From Octopus sinensis (taxonomy: Eukaryota): a stretch of DNA of 64,000 bases. Each line of letters begins with the position of its first letter. Within the stretch, counting starts at the first letter, position 1. The stretch lies in assembly GCF_006345805.1 (NCBI RefSeq), contig NC_043020.1, positions 17,546,001 to 17,610,000 on the forward strand, in the 5' to 3' direction. Below are positions 1 through 11,712 of this stretch, piece after piece. The position numbers were made by a program, and so were the translations under genes. Under the pieces are notes generated by a model, which worked only from the letters and a program-made list of their open reading frames with translations, had not been told where the DNA came from and did no database searches.

Positions 1-58
1 AACCCATGCTAGCATGGAAAGCGGACGTTAAATGATGATGATGATGATGATGATGATG
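1..58 (+). mobile_element. 3' tail of RTE-related repeat ending in (GAT)n
   Basis: aacccatgctagcatggaaagcggacgttaaatgatgatg...; the same tail follows RTE-like coding ends at 34060-34560 and 34910-35370. Confidence 0.65.
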
Positions 59-59
59 T

Positions 60-425
60 TAGCAACTGTTATTTCTTATTTGCTTACTTCTAGAAAGTAT
101 GAAAGTATGGCTAATATTTTCCTTCAAAATTTGCTTTTACATTTATTCAAACCCCAAAGAATCTCTCTCAACACATGGCTATGATATTCCCCCATCACTC
201 TTGCTCATAGTGTCAGCCATTAAGTGACATGCTCAAGTGGTTCAAGTCAAGCAAATCTCTGGTATTGAGTAGAATATTTACTATAATGATATTTCTGCTT
301 CAGCAACTCTGTGCTGAATCTGTTTGAAATGTAATGGAAAATAGGTCAGTTTCAAAACATTGAGTCCAAGTCACAAAGGCAAAGTTTGAAGGGAATAGTA
401 GTTATTTCCTTTGGTTTCAAATGCC
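60..425. mobile_element. MITE-like element with long imperfect TIRs (second copy inverted at 28776-29176)
   Basis: Starts agcaactgttatttc...tctagaaa; colinear reverse-complement match to 28776-29176; central part shared with 16610-16780. Confidence 0.55.
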
Positions 426-644
426 GTCATCTTAGTCTTTCATCCCTCTGGAGTTGAACAACTGAAGTACCAGTCAATTATTGGTGCCAGTAATTCCGCT
501 TGTCCTATCCCCAAAAATTTCTGGCCTTGTTTCAGTTGTACGGATTATGAATCAAAGGGAGATAATTTAAATGAGTGTTTCAAAAGTTATCTCCCGTTAT
601 TTTCTAAACCATGTTAAATGATATTTCAAATGTCGATATTCTGT

Positions 645-810
645 TGTCTGGGGAGAGTCATTTTCTTTGTGTGCTTTATAATTTAACACACACACCGGTA
701 AAAATTTCCACTTGCTTCTTATTTTTATTTTCCTAAATATTTCGTTGCGTCTTGCAATCTTTTCAATAGTCTTGACTATTGGAAAAGTTGCAGGACGCAA
801 CGAAAATTAT
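645..810 (-). mobile_element. Penelope-like element end with 32-bp inverted duplication
   Basis: Arms 740-771 and 774-805 (4 mismatches, 2-nt loop); hammerhead-like core on the minus strand at 733-769. Confidence 0.4.
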
Positions 811-884
811 ACATATAGATAGATACTAGAGGTAGAGATTATTTTAATAAATCAAGAATTTTTGCTGTTATTTAACATACCGGT

Positions 885-1160
885 ATCGTTAAAGCAGTGG
901 ACTCGCGATCGAGGGATCGCGGGTTCGAATCTCAGACCGGGCGATGTGTATGTTTATGAGCGAAAAACCTAAGCTCCACGCGGCAGCGGCAGAAGGTAAT
1001 GGCGAATTTCTCCTGACTTTGGCCACAACTTTCTCTCCCTCTTTCCTCCTGCATCTTGCAGCTCAACTGCGACAGACCGGTGGGGAACCTACACACCAAG
1101 GAAACTGAGAAACCGGCCTTAATGAGACAAACATGGCTCGAGAAGGAACAAACAAACAAT
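885..1160 (+). mobile_element. tRNA-derived SINE, family C variant
   Basis: B-box gggttcgaatc; shares gagcgaaaa.acct.aagctccacg with 1230-1580 and 63365-63662. Confidence 0.7.
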
Positions 1161-1227
1161 GTATGTATGTCTTGTAAAGGTAATTTTGGTTGTTATTTCT
1201 AGCCTTTTAAATTCTCACGTTATTTTA

Positions 1228-1580
1228 AGTGGTGGAAGCACTCCGTCGGTTACGACGATGGGGGTTCCGGTTGATCTGAATCAACGGAACAGCCTGCTCG
1301 TGAAATTAACGTGTAATTGGCTGAGCACTCCACACACACGATATTCAGCGTGACACAGAGAGTGACAAGGCCGGCCCTTTGAAATACAGGTACAACAGAA
1401 ACAGGAAATAAGAGTGAGAGAAAGTTGTGATGAAAGAGTACAGCAGGGATCACCACCATCCCCTGCCGGAGCTTCGTGGAGCTTTTAGGTGTTTTCGCTC
1501 AATAAACACTCACAACGCCCGGTCTGGGAATCGAAACCGCGACTTCGCTGCCCTAACCACTGGGCCATTGCGCCTCCACT
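1228..1580 (-). mobile_element. tRNA-derived SINE, family C
   Basis: Minus strand begins ggcgcaatggcccagtggttagggcagc...tcgattccc (A/B boxes); homologous to 63365-63662. Confidence 0.8.
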
Positions 1581-2116
1581 TATTTCAAGTAACTTATAAC
1601 TAAACACAGTGATTAATGTGCCACAGTACTATTGAAGGGAGACTACTCTGTTACATAATTTACGCAAGCAGTCTTTCAACAGGTGTAATTGCGAAATAAT
1701 AGTTGATCCATACTTAATCATATTTAATCTGTTGTCGTGGGATGAGAAAGCTACGGAAATCAGAGCAGTTTTCCTCTCAACTCTTGAAGACACGAACGTA
1801 ACAGAGAACATTTCCTAAAGAAAAATGTGTTTATATACATAAGTAGCTGTGTGGTAAAATGTTTGCTTCCCAACCACATGGTTCTGGGTTCAGTCTCACT
1901 GTGTGGCACCTTGCGGCGTTAGTGTCTTCTACTATTGCCTCAGATCCACCAAATCTGTGAGTGGATTTCGTTGACGGAAACTGCTAGTGATTACTTTTGA
2001 TCAATGCCTTTCATATTGAATGCGATTGACCTCTGGGTCGAAAGAAAACTGTTAAACAGCTTAATGGGTCAAATCTATATTTACAGCAAAAACAAAAGAG
2101 AAACTGCTGTTCTCAG

Positions 2117-2552
2117 GTGTAGAAGTGGCTTTGTGGTAAGACGTTTGCTTCCTAACTATATGGCTCCAGGTTCAATCACATCGCATGGCACTTTGGGCAA
2201 ATGTCTTCTACTATAGACCCAGGCTGTGGATTTGATTAGACAGAAACTGAAAGAATCCAGTCTGATGCATGGATGTACGTACGTATGTATGTACGTACGT
2301 ATGTATGTACGTACGTATGTATGTATGTACGTATGTATGTATGTACGTATGTATGTATTGTGTGGGTGTGTCCTATTTGACAACTGTCGTCGGTTTGTTT
2401 GCCCCTCTCTAACTTAGCAATTCAGCAAAAGAGAATGATAGGATAAGTACCAGACTTAAAAAGAAAAAAGTTCTGGGGTCAATTTATTTGACTAGACCCT
2501 TTATGGTGCTGCCCTAGCATGGCCGCAGTCCAATGACTGAAACAAGTAAAGG
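2117..2552 (+). mobile_element. SINE family A with internal (TATG/TACG)n
   Basis: Colinear with the full copy at 3472-3852. Confidence 0.75.
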
Positions 2553-2668
2553 ATGAAAGATTACAAGAAATAGACAAAGCAAACATTTTGAAAGTGGTCA
2601 AAAAAGTGACCAGTGGACTGAGAATAATGTGCTGGTGTATCTCAGGCAACATGGTTATGGTATAGTTA

Positions 2669-2900
2669 AGGCGGCGAACTAGTAGAATCGTTAGCGCGTT
2701 GGACAAAATGCTTAGCGATATTTCGTCTGCCGTTACATTCTGAGTTCAAATTCCGCCGAGGTCGACTTTGCCTTTCATCCTTTTGGGGTCGATAAATTAA
2801 GTACCAGTTATGCACTGGGGTCGATGAAATCGACTTAAGCCGTCTGTCTGTCCTTGTTTGTCCCCTCTGTGTTTAGCCCCTTGTGGGTAGTAAAGAAATA
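2669..2900 (+). mobile_element. SINE family B (Deu/Nin-like central domain) with 14-bp TSD
   Basis: ggcggcgaact...gagttcaaattcc...gcctttcatccttttggggtcgataaattaagtaccag...aagaaata; TSD ggttatggtatagt at 2653-2666 and 2901-2914. Confidence 0.85.
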
Positions 2901-3471
2901 GGTTATGGTATAGTATAGAAAAACAAGAGGGTAACACCATTAGTAGGAGAGGTAAAGGAGGAGGTTGAAATACTGTAACTGAATAGATAGATAAGTAGAT
3001 AGGCAGGCAGACAGATAGATATAAAGGTAGATAGAACTTCATGCCACATGAAGTCTGTGGATAGCCTTGTTGTCAGGTTAGGTTTATTCACATGAGTGCT
3101 TTTGGATCAAAGATTCTTCATCAGATCAAAGATCTTTCCATTTGCTTTTTGTGGTGGTCACTAACAATGACCACTAACAGTGTGACCTCTTTTGTCTTTC
3201 TATACTGTAGTGGACTGAGAGTTTAGGTTTCAAATTTTTCATTGGACATCTTGTTACCAAAATCGATTAGACAGAAGCTTTATGGAAGACTGTCAAGCAT
3301 GTGTGTGTGTATGCATGTGTACATCTTCCATTCTTACTACCTTTGCACCTCCACCTAGGACCATCTCTCAACCTCTATTCTATTTTTCATTTATTGGAAT
3401 CACTTTAGAGATTTAACCTTGAAAGTTACAAGGCAATTTTCACAAGTGCTGGTATCACAAACACACACACA

Positions 3472-3852
3472 GGGCACAGGAGTGGCTGTGTGGTAAGTAG
3501 CTTGCTTACCAACCACATGGTTCCGGGTTCAGTCCCACTGCATGGCATCTTGGGCAAGTGTCTTCTACTATAGCCCCGGGCCGACCAATGCCTTGTGAGT
3601 GGATTTGGTAGACGGAAACTGAAAGAAGCCTGTCGTATATATGTATATGTGTGTGTGTCTGTGTTTGTCCCCCTAGCATTGCTTGACAACCGATGCTGGT
3701 GTGTTTACATCCCCGTCACTTAGCAGTTCAGCAAAAGAGACCAATAGAATAAGTACTGGACTTACAAAGAATAAGTCCCGGGGTCGATTTGCTCAACTAA
3801 AGGCGGTGCTCCAGCATGGCCGCAGTCAAATGACTGAAACAAGTAAAAGAGA
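3472..3852 (+). mobile_element. SINE family A, full length
   Basis: tRNA-like head (tggctgtgtgg A-box, gggttcagtccc B-box), internal TA/TG tract, 3' end gactgaaacaagtaaaagag; more than 25 copies in the window. Confidence 0.9.
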
Positions 3853-4116
3853 AAAGAGAGAGACACACAAATAGGAAAGAGGATCCAGTACATCTGGTAA
3901 AATGGTTGTCATTAGGAAGAGAAATTAGTCACAGCCAAAATAGACACTGATCCATGATGCAGTCTACCAACTCATCAGCCCCACTCAAACCATTCACCAT
4001 TGTCAGTTTGTCAGACAAATGTTTAATGATGATGATGATAATAATAGATATATACATCTATCTATTTGTCTGTCTGTCTCTCTCTCTCTATATATATATA
4101 CATATGTGTGTGCATG

Positions 4117-4460
4117 TTGCTGTGTGATAAGAAGTTTGCTTTCCAGTCACATGGTTCTGGGTTCAGTCCCACTATGGACAAGTGTCCACTATAGTTTTGG
4201 GCCTACAAAACCTTGTGAGTGGATTGGGTTGACAGAAACTGAAAGAAGCCCATCATATGTGTGTAGTATCCCACTCCACACTGCTGGACAACCAGTGTTG
4301 GGGTGTTTATGTCCCCATAATTTAGTGGTTCAGCAAAAGAGACTGATGGAGTAAGTACTAAGCTTTTTAAAAAAAGGACTGGGGTTGATCCATTCAACTA
4401 AAATTTCTTCGAGGCAGTGCCCCAGCATGGCCATAGTCTAATAACTGAAACAAAAATAAG
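4117..4460 (+). mobile_element. SINE family A, older copy
   Basis: Colinear with family A. Confidence 0.75.
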
Positions 4461-4944
4461 ATACATATTTAGTTGAACATTGCAAATCAATAAAGTATTA
4501 AATAAAAATTGAATTCCTTCTTTTCGTCATCATCACCATCATCGTAACATCCACTTTTCCATGCTTGCAAAGGTCAGATGGAATTTGTTGAGGACAATTT
4601 TCTATGGCTGGATACCTTTCCTGTCACCAACCCTCACCTGTTTCCCAAGCAATGTAATTTTTCACCATTGAAGACAGGAAACAAACCATGCCGCTTGTAT
4701 GATGGTATGGCTCACTTATAATTGTCATGTGATAGCTAGACAAGGGCACACACAAGCACAACCCCCCATCCACACACACACATGCAAATACATAGATATA
4801 TATATAGGCAAGGGACTGCTCAGCTTAATGGTACAAAGCATTCAGCCTGTATGTGAGGGGTATGAGGTTCGATTCCCCGTAGCTGCCTGCTGGCAACTTG
4901 TTTTTTAAAGGATGACGATGATGATAATATATATATATATATCA

Positions 4945-5180
4945 TCATCATCATCATCATCGTTTAGCGTCCGCTTTCCATGCTGGCATGGGTTGGACGG
5001 TGCAACTGGGGTCTGGGAAGCCAGAAGGCTGCACCAGGCTCCAGTCTGATCTGGCAGTGTTTCTACGGCTGGATGCCCTTCCTAACGCCAACCACTCCAT
5101 GAGTGTAGTGGGTGCTTTTTACGTGCCACCGGCACATGTGCCAGACGAGGCTGGCAAACGGCCACGATCGGATGGTGCTT
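4945..5180 (-). mobile_element. RTE 3'-tail repeat
   Basis: (CAT)n followed by ccatgctggcatgggttggacgg...ggatgcccttcctaacgccaaccact. Confidence 0.7.
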
Positions 5181-5184
5181 ATTA

Positions 5185-5979
5185 CTAGCAGTATTGCCTG
5201 GCTCAACGGGGATTTCAGGGGAGAGTTTCAGGGAGTCGCTGGCGATGTATCGTGATGATCAAAAATCCGGCCTGCTAAAATTTGGTTAAAGTGATTCAAA
5301 CTGCAGACTCAACGCAAAATGGTGACATTTAATTCAAAGCGTTAAAAATGTTATGAAAACAATTGGTATCCCTCTCTCTCTTTGGGAGAGGCACAAGCAC
5401 CTACACGTACATGTACACACACGGCAGTAACTACCGCCTGCCGAATTCAATCACAAAGCTTCGGTCGGCTCGGGGCTATAGCAGAAGACACCTACCCAAA
5501 GTGCCACGCAGTGGGACTGAACCCGAAACCATGTAGCCAGGAAGCAAGCTCCCTAACCACACAGCCATGTTGTGTTCACAAAGTCCAAACGATTAATATG
5601 AAAAAACCCTCCAGGCTACATCCCGAGAATTCATTTCTTGGCGAATTTCTACAAAGTTTACGGCAATTCGTTTTTATATCTTGATTTTTTTATTTTTCAT
5701 GCAATTTACGCATGCTTGCACGCGTGGTGAACACAGTTCACATCAAACAGCTGACTGAGTAAAGTCCACTATTCAATGTATGGGATAAGGCCTAAACAAA
5801 CACATTATTGATTTTTGCACTTGTGAGATGAATTTCGGAACAGAAATAGCGCAGTTCAATTTTCATTCGCCTAAACTTTAAGTGACCCATTTTTGGTGGT
5901 TCTACGATTTGTTGGCTAGGAGGAGATGTGCCGAGAAGTTAAACACACAGACACACAAGTTGAGTTTTATATATATAGA
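5185..5979 (-). mobile_element. Non-autonomous Helitron (SINE A fragment inserted at ~5395-5570)
   Basis: Minus strand starts TC (5979-5978) after A and ends CTAG (5188-5185) before T; imperfect GC hairpin cctg-gctcaa-cggg near the 3' end; no TSD. Confidence 0.6.
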
Positions 5980-6844
5980 TATAAATTCTATAATTATGAG
6001 TATAATTAGGGTTGTTAGTGGGATCCTCTACTCTACAAAAGCTGAAGATCTGTGTTTTGTGTTTCATGTAGAACACCAGTCCCAGCCAAAAAGCTTTGAG
6101 GATTTGTGGCTCCACCACCAGCCACATGGATATACCAAAAACTCATCATAGCATCTTCCACTGCTTGAGAATGTGTATGGGGCCCTCTCTTGGCGCAGGG
6201 CCTAATTTGAACAAAATCTGTCTAATTGGCTTAAAACTAATTATGATTTGTGTGTGTGTGTGTGCAACATAAATACAAAACTAGAGAAAGAGAATGGAGT
6301 ATGAACTGTTGAGAGAACATTTCACTTGTCTTGTGTATTTGTATTTGTGTATTTATTAGCGTAGTTATCAGTGTCTTTTGCCTATATATCATCTGAACCC
6401 TTTGTACCTTAAAATCCATGCAGAATCCATGTTGCCTTACTTGAAAAAAAAGTTTAGGGTTAAGCAACTAGAAGTGCATCCAGCTGTGAGATAATGCTTC
6501 AATATATTCATCTAACCCATGCAAGCGTGGAAACACAGACATAAAATGAACAAACGAATGGTTTGCATAACAGCATGTGTGTGTGTGTGTGTGTGTTTTG
6601 TTTTTGTTCAAAGCATTCAGAAGTTTGAAGTTCAAATGCAAATGAAGCTCCAATACAAACGAAGTTATAAATAAACAGAATAAATAACAACAGTTCATAA
6701 AATATCAGGTAAATATACCTGTTAGACAGGAAAAGAAAGTAAACAGACTCATGGATGGAAATTGAACTATGTCTGCTGTAGACCAAATGCTCATCATAAA
6801 CCACTCAACAAATGGGACACATATGTGAACATTATACATATACT

Positions 6845-7229
6845 CTTACTCTTTTACTTCTTTCAGTCATTTGATTGTGGCCATACTGGAGCACCGCCTT
6901 TTTAATCGAGCTAATCGACCCCGGGACTTATTCTTTTGTAAGCCCAGTACTTATTCTATCGGTCTCTTTTGCCGAACCGCTAAGTAACGGGGACATAAAC
7001 ACACCAGCATCGGTTGTCAAGCAATGTTGGGGAGACAAACACAGACACACAAACATACATATATACATATATACGACAGGCTTCTTTCAGTTTCCGTCTA
7101 CCAAATCCTCTCACAAGGCTTTGGTCGGCCCGAGGCTATAGTAGAAGACACTTGCCCAAGGTGCCACACAGTGGGACTGAACCCGGAACCATGTGGTTGG
7201 TAAACAAGCTACTTACCACACAGCCACTC
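6845..7229 (-). mobile_element. SINE family A
   Basis: Reverse complement of the family A consensus. Confidence 0.85.
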
Positions 7230-7677
7230 ATGTATGTGTATATATATGTGTGTGTATGTCTCTATGTGTGTATTTGTCAAGTGAAGGTATATGGCTAAGT
7301 GGTCAGGGTATTTGGCTTACAATCGTAAGGTCGTGAGTTCAATTCTCAGTGACATGTGGTGTTCTTGGGCAAAACACTTTATTTCATGTTGCTCCATTCC
7401 ACTCAGCTGACAAAAATGCGTAATACCTGTAATTAATTCGAAGGGGCCAAATTTGTCACTTTCTATGTCACACTGAATCTCCCTGAGAACTATGTCAAGG
7501 GTGTGTCTGTGGAGTGCTCAGTAACTTGCATGATAATTTAACGAGCTGGCTATTCTGTTGATCAGCTGGAACCCTCGTCGTCATAATTAACAGAGTGCCT
7601 GTGTATATGGGTGTATGTATGCATGTATGTATGTGTGTATCCTTGAATATATGTGTGCATGTATATATGTATGTATA

Positions 7678-7884
7678 CTCTTTTACTTGTTTCGGTCATT
7701 TGACTGCGGCCATGCTGGAGCACTGCCTTTAGTCAAGCAAATCAACCCCAGGACTTATTCTTTGTAAGCCTAGTACTTATTCTATTGGTCTCTTTTGACG
7801 AACCGCTAAGTTACAGGGATGAAAATACACCAGCATTGGTTGTCAAGCGATGTTGGGGAGACAAACACAGATACCCAAACATAT

Positions 7885-7935
<51 letters not shown>

Positions 7936-8095
7936 TACAACAGGCTTCTTTCAGTTTCCGTCTACCAAATCCACTCACAAGGCTTTGGTTGGCCCGAGGC
8001 TATAGTAGAAGACATTTGCCCAAGGTGCCATGCAGTGGGAATGAACCCGGAACCATGTGGCTCGTAAGCGAGCTACTTCCCACACAGCCACTCAT
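7678..8095 (-). mobile_element. SINE family A
   Basis: Reverse complement of the family A consensus. Confidence 0.85.
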
Positions 8096-8184
8096 GTGTA
8101 TGCATGTATGTATTCATGTATGTATGGATGGATGGTAAAGCCTAGCATGCTATTCTAGGGACCATAATAAAAGAAATCAATATG

Positions 8185-8540
8185 GTGCAGGCATGTAACC
8201 TCATAGTTCCAGGTTCAGTTTCACTGCATGGCACCTTGTGCAACTGTTTTTAACTATAGCCTTGGGCCAACCCAAGCCTTGCAAGTGGATTTGGTTGGCA
8301 AAACTGAAAGAAATCCATTGTGTGTGTTTATTCCCCACTACCACTTGACAACCGATTTTGGTTTGTTTACATCCCTGCAACTTAGCAGTTCAGCAAAAAA
8401 AGAGGCTGATAGAATAAGTACCAGGCTTTAAAAAAATAAGTACTGGGATTGATTCATTAGAGTAAAAGTTTTTTTAAGATGGTGCCCCAGCATGACCACA
8501 GTCTAATGACTGAAACAAGTAAAAGCTAGAAAATAAAAGA
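8185..8540 (+). mobile_element. SINE family A, older copy
   Basis: Colinear with family A. Confidence 0.7.
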
Positions 8541-8549
8541 TGGTGTAGC

Positions 8550-8855
8550 AGGTGACCCATGCTAATCAAGCAACACCTCTACTCCAAGACAACCACAGCA
8601 GTACTCAAGCAAGGCATCATCGATGAATGGTTCCACGGAACCAAGGGAGTCGGTCGGACGTGTCTTCTCCTCCCCACTCCTGCGACATCTTCCTCATGCA
8701 GATAATGTTTGATGACCTTGAAGATCATGTGGGCTCTGTCAGTAGCAGAGACTGGAAGGACACAAACCTCAAGATTTGCAGATGAATGACAGAAAGAAAG
8801 GATGAACTAATAGACTGACAGAAGAGTAGTAGTAGTAGTGGTGGTGGTGGTGGTG

Positions 8856-8898
<43 letters not shown>

Positions 8899-9600
8899 CA
8901 GTAGTAGCAGCAGTAGTAGCAGCAGCAGCAATAGTAGCAGCTGTAGCAGCAGTAGTAGTAGTAGTAGTAGCAGCAGCAGCAGTAGTAGCAGCAGTAGCAG
9001 CAGTAGCAGCAGCAGCAGCAGCAATAGTAGCAGCTGTAGTAGCAGTAGTGGTGGTGGTGGTGGTGGTAGTAGCAGCAGCAGTAGCAGCATAAGCAATAGA
9101 AGTAGCAGCAGTGGTGGTGGTGGTGGTAGTAGTAGTAAAGGGACATGTGCTGTAACAGAGTGTCACTCCATCCACCATTTGTTGGTGATTCCCAACTACT
9201 CCTGGTACCTTCACACCACTCAAGCAACAACCCTCCAACCCATGGGTCTGTTTGAGTTGTCATTGCAGGTGAGGATTTTATGAGGTCAGAGTGCAAATCC
9301 TACCTCAAACTTTTATTAGTTTATGACATGCAGTGGGACTGTTGGCTCTATTCTTTGACATGCCTGTCCTCACCCAACACTAGCACAATGTGAAACTAAG
9401 TGTTTTGCTCAAGAATGCAACACACCACTTGGTCTGGGAATTGAACCTAGAGTTTGACAATCGCGAGTGCAGCACCTTAACCACAAGGCCATATGCCTTT
9501 ACTAGAAAAGATCTGAATAAATTAGTCAGCCACCTTGATAGAGTTTCCAATAAGTTTGATGGAAATCAGTGTCAAACAGAACCAGATTCCTTACAAGGTG
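8550..9600 (+). pseudogene. Decayed RTE-clade LINE reverse transcriptase fragment (pieces 8550-8815 and 9510-9600)
   Basis: Frameshifted translation ...HLYSKTTTAVLKQGIIDEWF..GV..CLLS..IFLMQIMFDDLEDHVGSVS...TNL-RFADE, then LNKLVSHLDRVSNKF-MEIS; matches the RTE RT motifs GVRQGC.LSP.LFN, TNLRFADD and GMEIS..KTK. Confidence 0.7.
8826..9137. repeat. Compound trinucleotide repeat (AGT/GGT/AGC)n
   Basis: Seen directly; source of the poly-L/T/V/H ORFs. Confidence 0.95.
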
Positions 9601-9611
9601 GATAATCTTGT

Positions 9612-9842
9612 GGGCAGCGAGCTGGCAGAAACGTTAGCACACCGGGCAAAATGCTTAGCAGTATTTCGTCTGCCACTACATTCTGAGTTCAAATTCCGCC
9701 GAGGTCGACTTTGCCTTCATCCTTTCGGGGTCGATTAAATAAGTACCAGTTATGCACTGGAGTCGATATAATCGACTTAATCCGTTTGTCTGTCCTTGTT
9801 TGTCCTCTCTGTGTTTAGCCCCTTGTGGGTAGTAAAGAAATA
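9612..9842 (+). mobile_element. SINE family B with 15-bp TSD
   Basis: TSD ggataatcttgtggg at 9600-9614 and 9843-9857. Confidence 0.85.
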
Positions 9843-9857
9843 GGATAATCTTGTGGG

Positions 9858-10925
9858 TGTCTACCAAGTTAGTTTCCAGATGACTGAACTTCAATGTGTC
9901 CATACCCAGGGAAGCAAGAAGTTCAAAGTATGGTAGATGCCTGACGGTGGGTATTTGTTTTGCTGCATATTTCTGAACAGTTTCCAGGAGATTTATATGC
10001 TGAGCAAAATAGGGGTTCTAGACTGGTGATGCAAATTCTAAGTGTGGATGTACCATTGTTATATACAGTTCTAAATAGATAGCTGGAGAGTGGCTGACAA
10101 AGGTCTTACTGAATGATGCTAGAACACCCTCAGCCTTCTTGACAGTCTTAGAGATGTGGTTTATCCAACGCAGATCGTTATTTACAATAATACACAGATC
10201 ACATTCACTAGAAGACTTCTAGAGATTGGTGTTACTGAAGGAGTATGTAAAGGCTGGGCTTTTCCTCCCGAAGTGCATGGTGACACACTTGTCCATAGCT
10301 AACTTGAGTTGCCAGTCAAAAATCCATTACTGCATTGTGTCCAGGTCTGATTGCAGGAAAGGTCTATAGTGCATAGGATCTGTTCGTTTTATCCCGAGGT
10401 ACAATTTGATGTCATTCCTCAAGTTGGCATCTATGTCATTAATATATGCAACAAACAGTAGGGATCCAAGAGCAGATCCCTGTGGTACACCAGAAGTCAT
10501 CTCGCAGGGTGAAGAATGATGTCCTAGAACCATAACTACTTCTTTCCAACTGAAAATGAAGGACTTCCGCCAATTATAGAGACCATCTTGCATCCCATGG
10601 CAGAGGGTTTTGTCATGAGTCATTTGTGTGACAGAATTGAATGCTTTAGCAAAGTCAAGGTAGATAACGTCCACCCATGAGCCGACATCAGTAACTCAGG
10701 TGATGTCCACAAGAAACTTGATGAGTTGGCTACAGCAGCTGGAGTTAGGGATAAATCCAAATTGTGAGGGTCAAATAAGGTGTGAAAGCTCCAAAAGCTC
10801 CGGAGTGTTTCTCTGACACAGGACTCCATCAGTCTGGCGACGCAGCTAGTAAGGTTGACTGGACAGTAGTTGACAGGTGATGTGTGATCACCTTTTTTGA
10901 ACAGGTGAACAACACTGACAATTTT
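9858..10925 (-). pseudogene. Decayed CR1-clade LINE ORF2 (RT) fragment
   Basis: DVIYLDFAKAFNSV...SGVPQGSALGSLLFVAYINDID...DIKLY; frameshifts and stops present; 3' part homologous to 14850-15315. Confidence 0.85.
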
Positions 10926-10954
10926 CCACTGCTCTGAAGCAAATATATGTATAT

Positions 10955-11205
10955 CTTCTCTTTCTCTTTAAATCTTAGGAAGCCCTTACAGATTTTTATA
11001 GTTCCAGATATCATGGTCATTTGTAGCATATGAATTAAGGATTTGCATTCTCTCCCCAAGATTCTAAGTTCAGCCATGCTTTGCTCCAGACAGGTTGGTA
11101 TGTTTCCTGTTGCTTCAATAATTCTAGGTATGAAGCTGATAGTGTATTTTGAGAACTAGATTTGCAAACTCCTAATTGGTATTCCACAGATAACTTCTTT
11201 CACTT
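10955..11205 (-). pseudogene. 3' end of R4/Dong-like (RLE) LINE, copy 1
   Basis: ...SLIHMLQMTMISGTIKICKGFLRF C-terminus, near-identical to 11469-11690. Confidence 0.65.
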
Positions 11206-11395
11206 GTATATATGTATGTATATATTTATGTATGTGTGCATGTATGTATGTATGTATGTATGTATGTATGTATGTATGTATGTATGTATATATTTATGTA
11301 TGTGTGCATGTATGTATGTATGTGTATGTATGTATGTGTATGTATGTATGTATGTATGTATGTATGTATGCATGCATGCATCCATGTATGTATGT
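11206..11395. repeat. (TATG)n microsatellite
   Basis: Seen directly. Confidence 0.95.
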
Positions 11396-11712
11396 TTTTC
11401 TCTTTCTTGTTTTGCTCGGCCACCTTCTTGCTAGCCAGGCTGTGAAGGAAAGTGCCTTGATTTAACCATCATCGTTTAAATCTTAAGAAGACCTTACAGA
11501 TTTTTATAGTTCCAGATATCATGATCATTTGTAGCATATGAATTAAGGATTTGCATTCTCTCCCCAAGATCCTAAGTTCAGCCATACTTATCCCCAGTCG
11601 GGCCAGTACATACTCTGTCACTCCAATAATAACGGGTATGAAGCTGAAAGTGTATTCAGGGTACTGGATTTGCAAACTTGTTATCAATTGTCTATAGATG
11701 TCCTCTTTCTTT
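11396..11712 (-). pseudogene. 3' end of R4/Dong-like LINE with 3' UTR, copy 2
   Basis: LQIQYPEYTFSFIPVIIGVTEYV...ISGTIKICKVFLRFKR* (IPIIIGALG-type RLE C-terminus); flanked on both sides by (CATA/CGTA)n. Confidence 0.7.

Noticed and set aside
3426-3689. Recurrent ORFs containing ASFSFRLPNPLTRLWSARGYSRRHLPK
   Set aside because: Antisense translation of SINE family A, recurring at every copy; not a gene family.
8725-9296. Long poly-L/T/V/H/Y ORFs
   Set aside because: Translations of a compound trinucleotide repeat, open in several frames; they interrupt an RTE relic.
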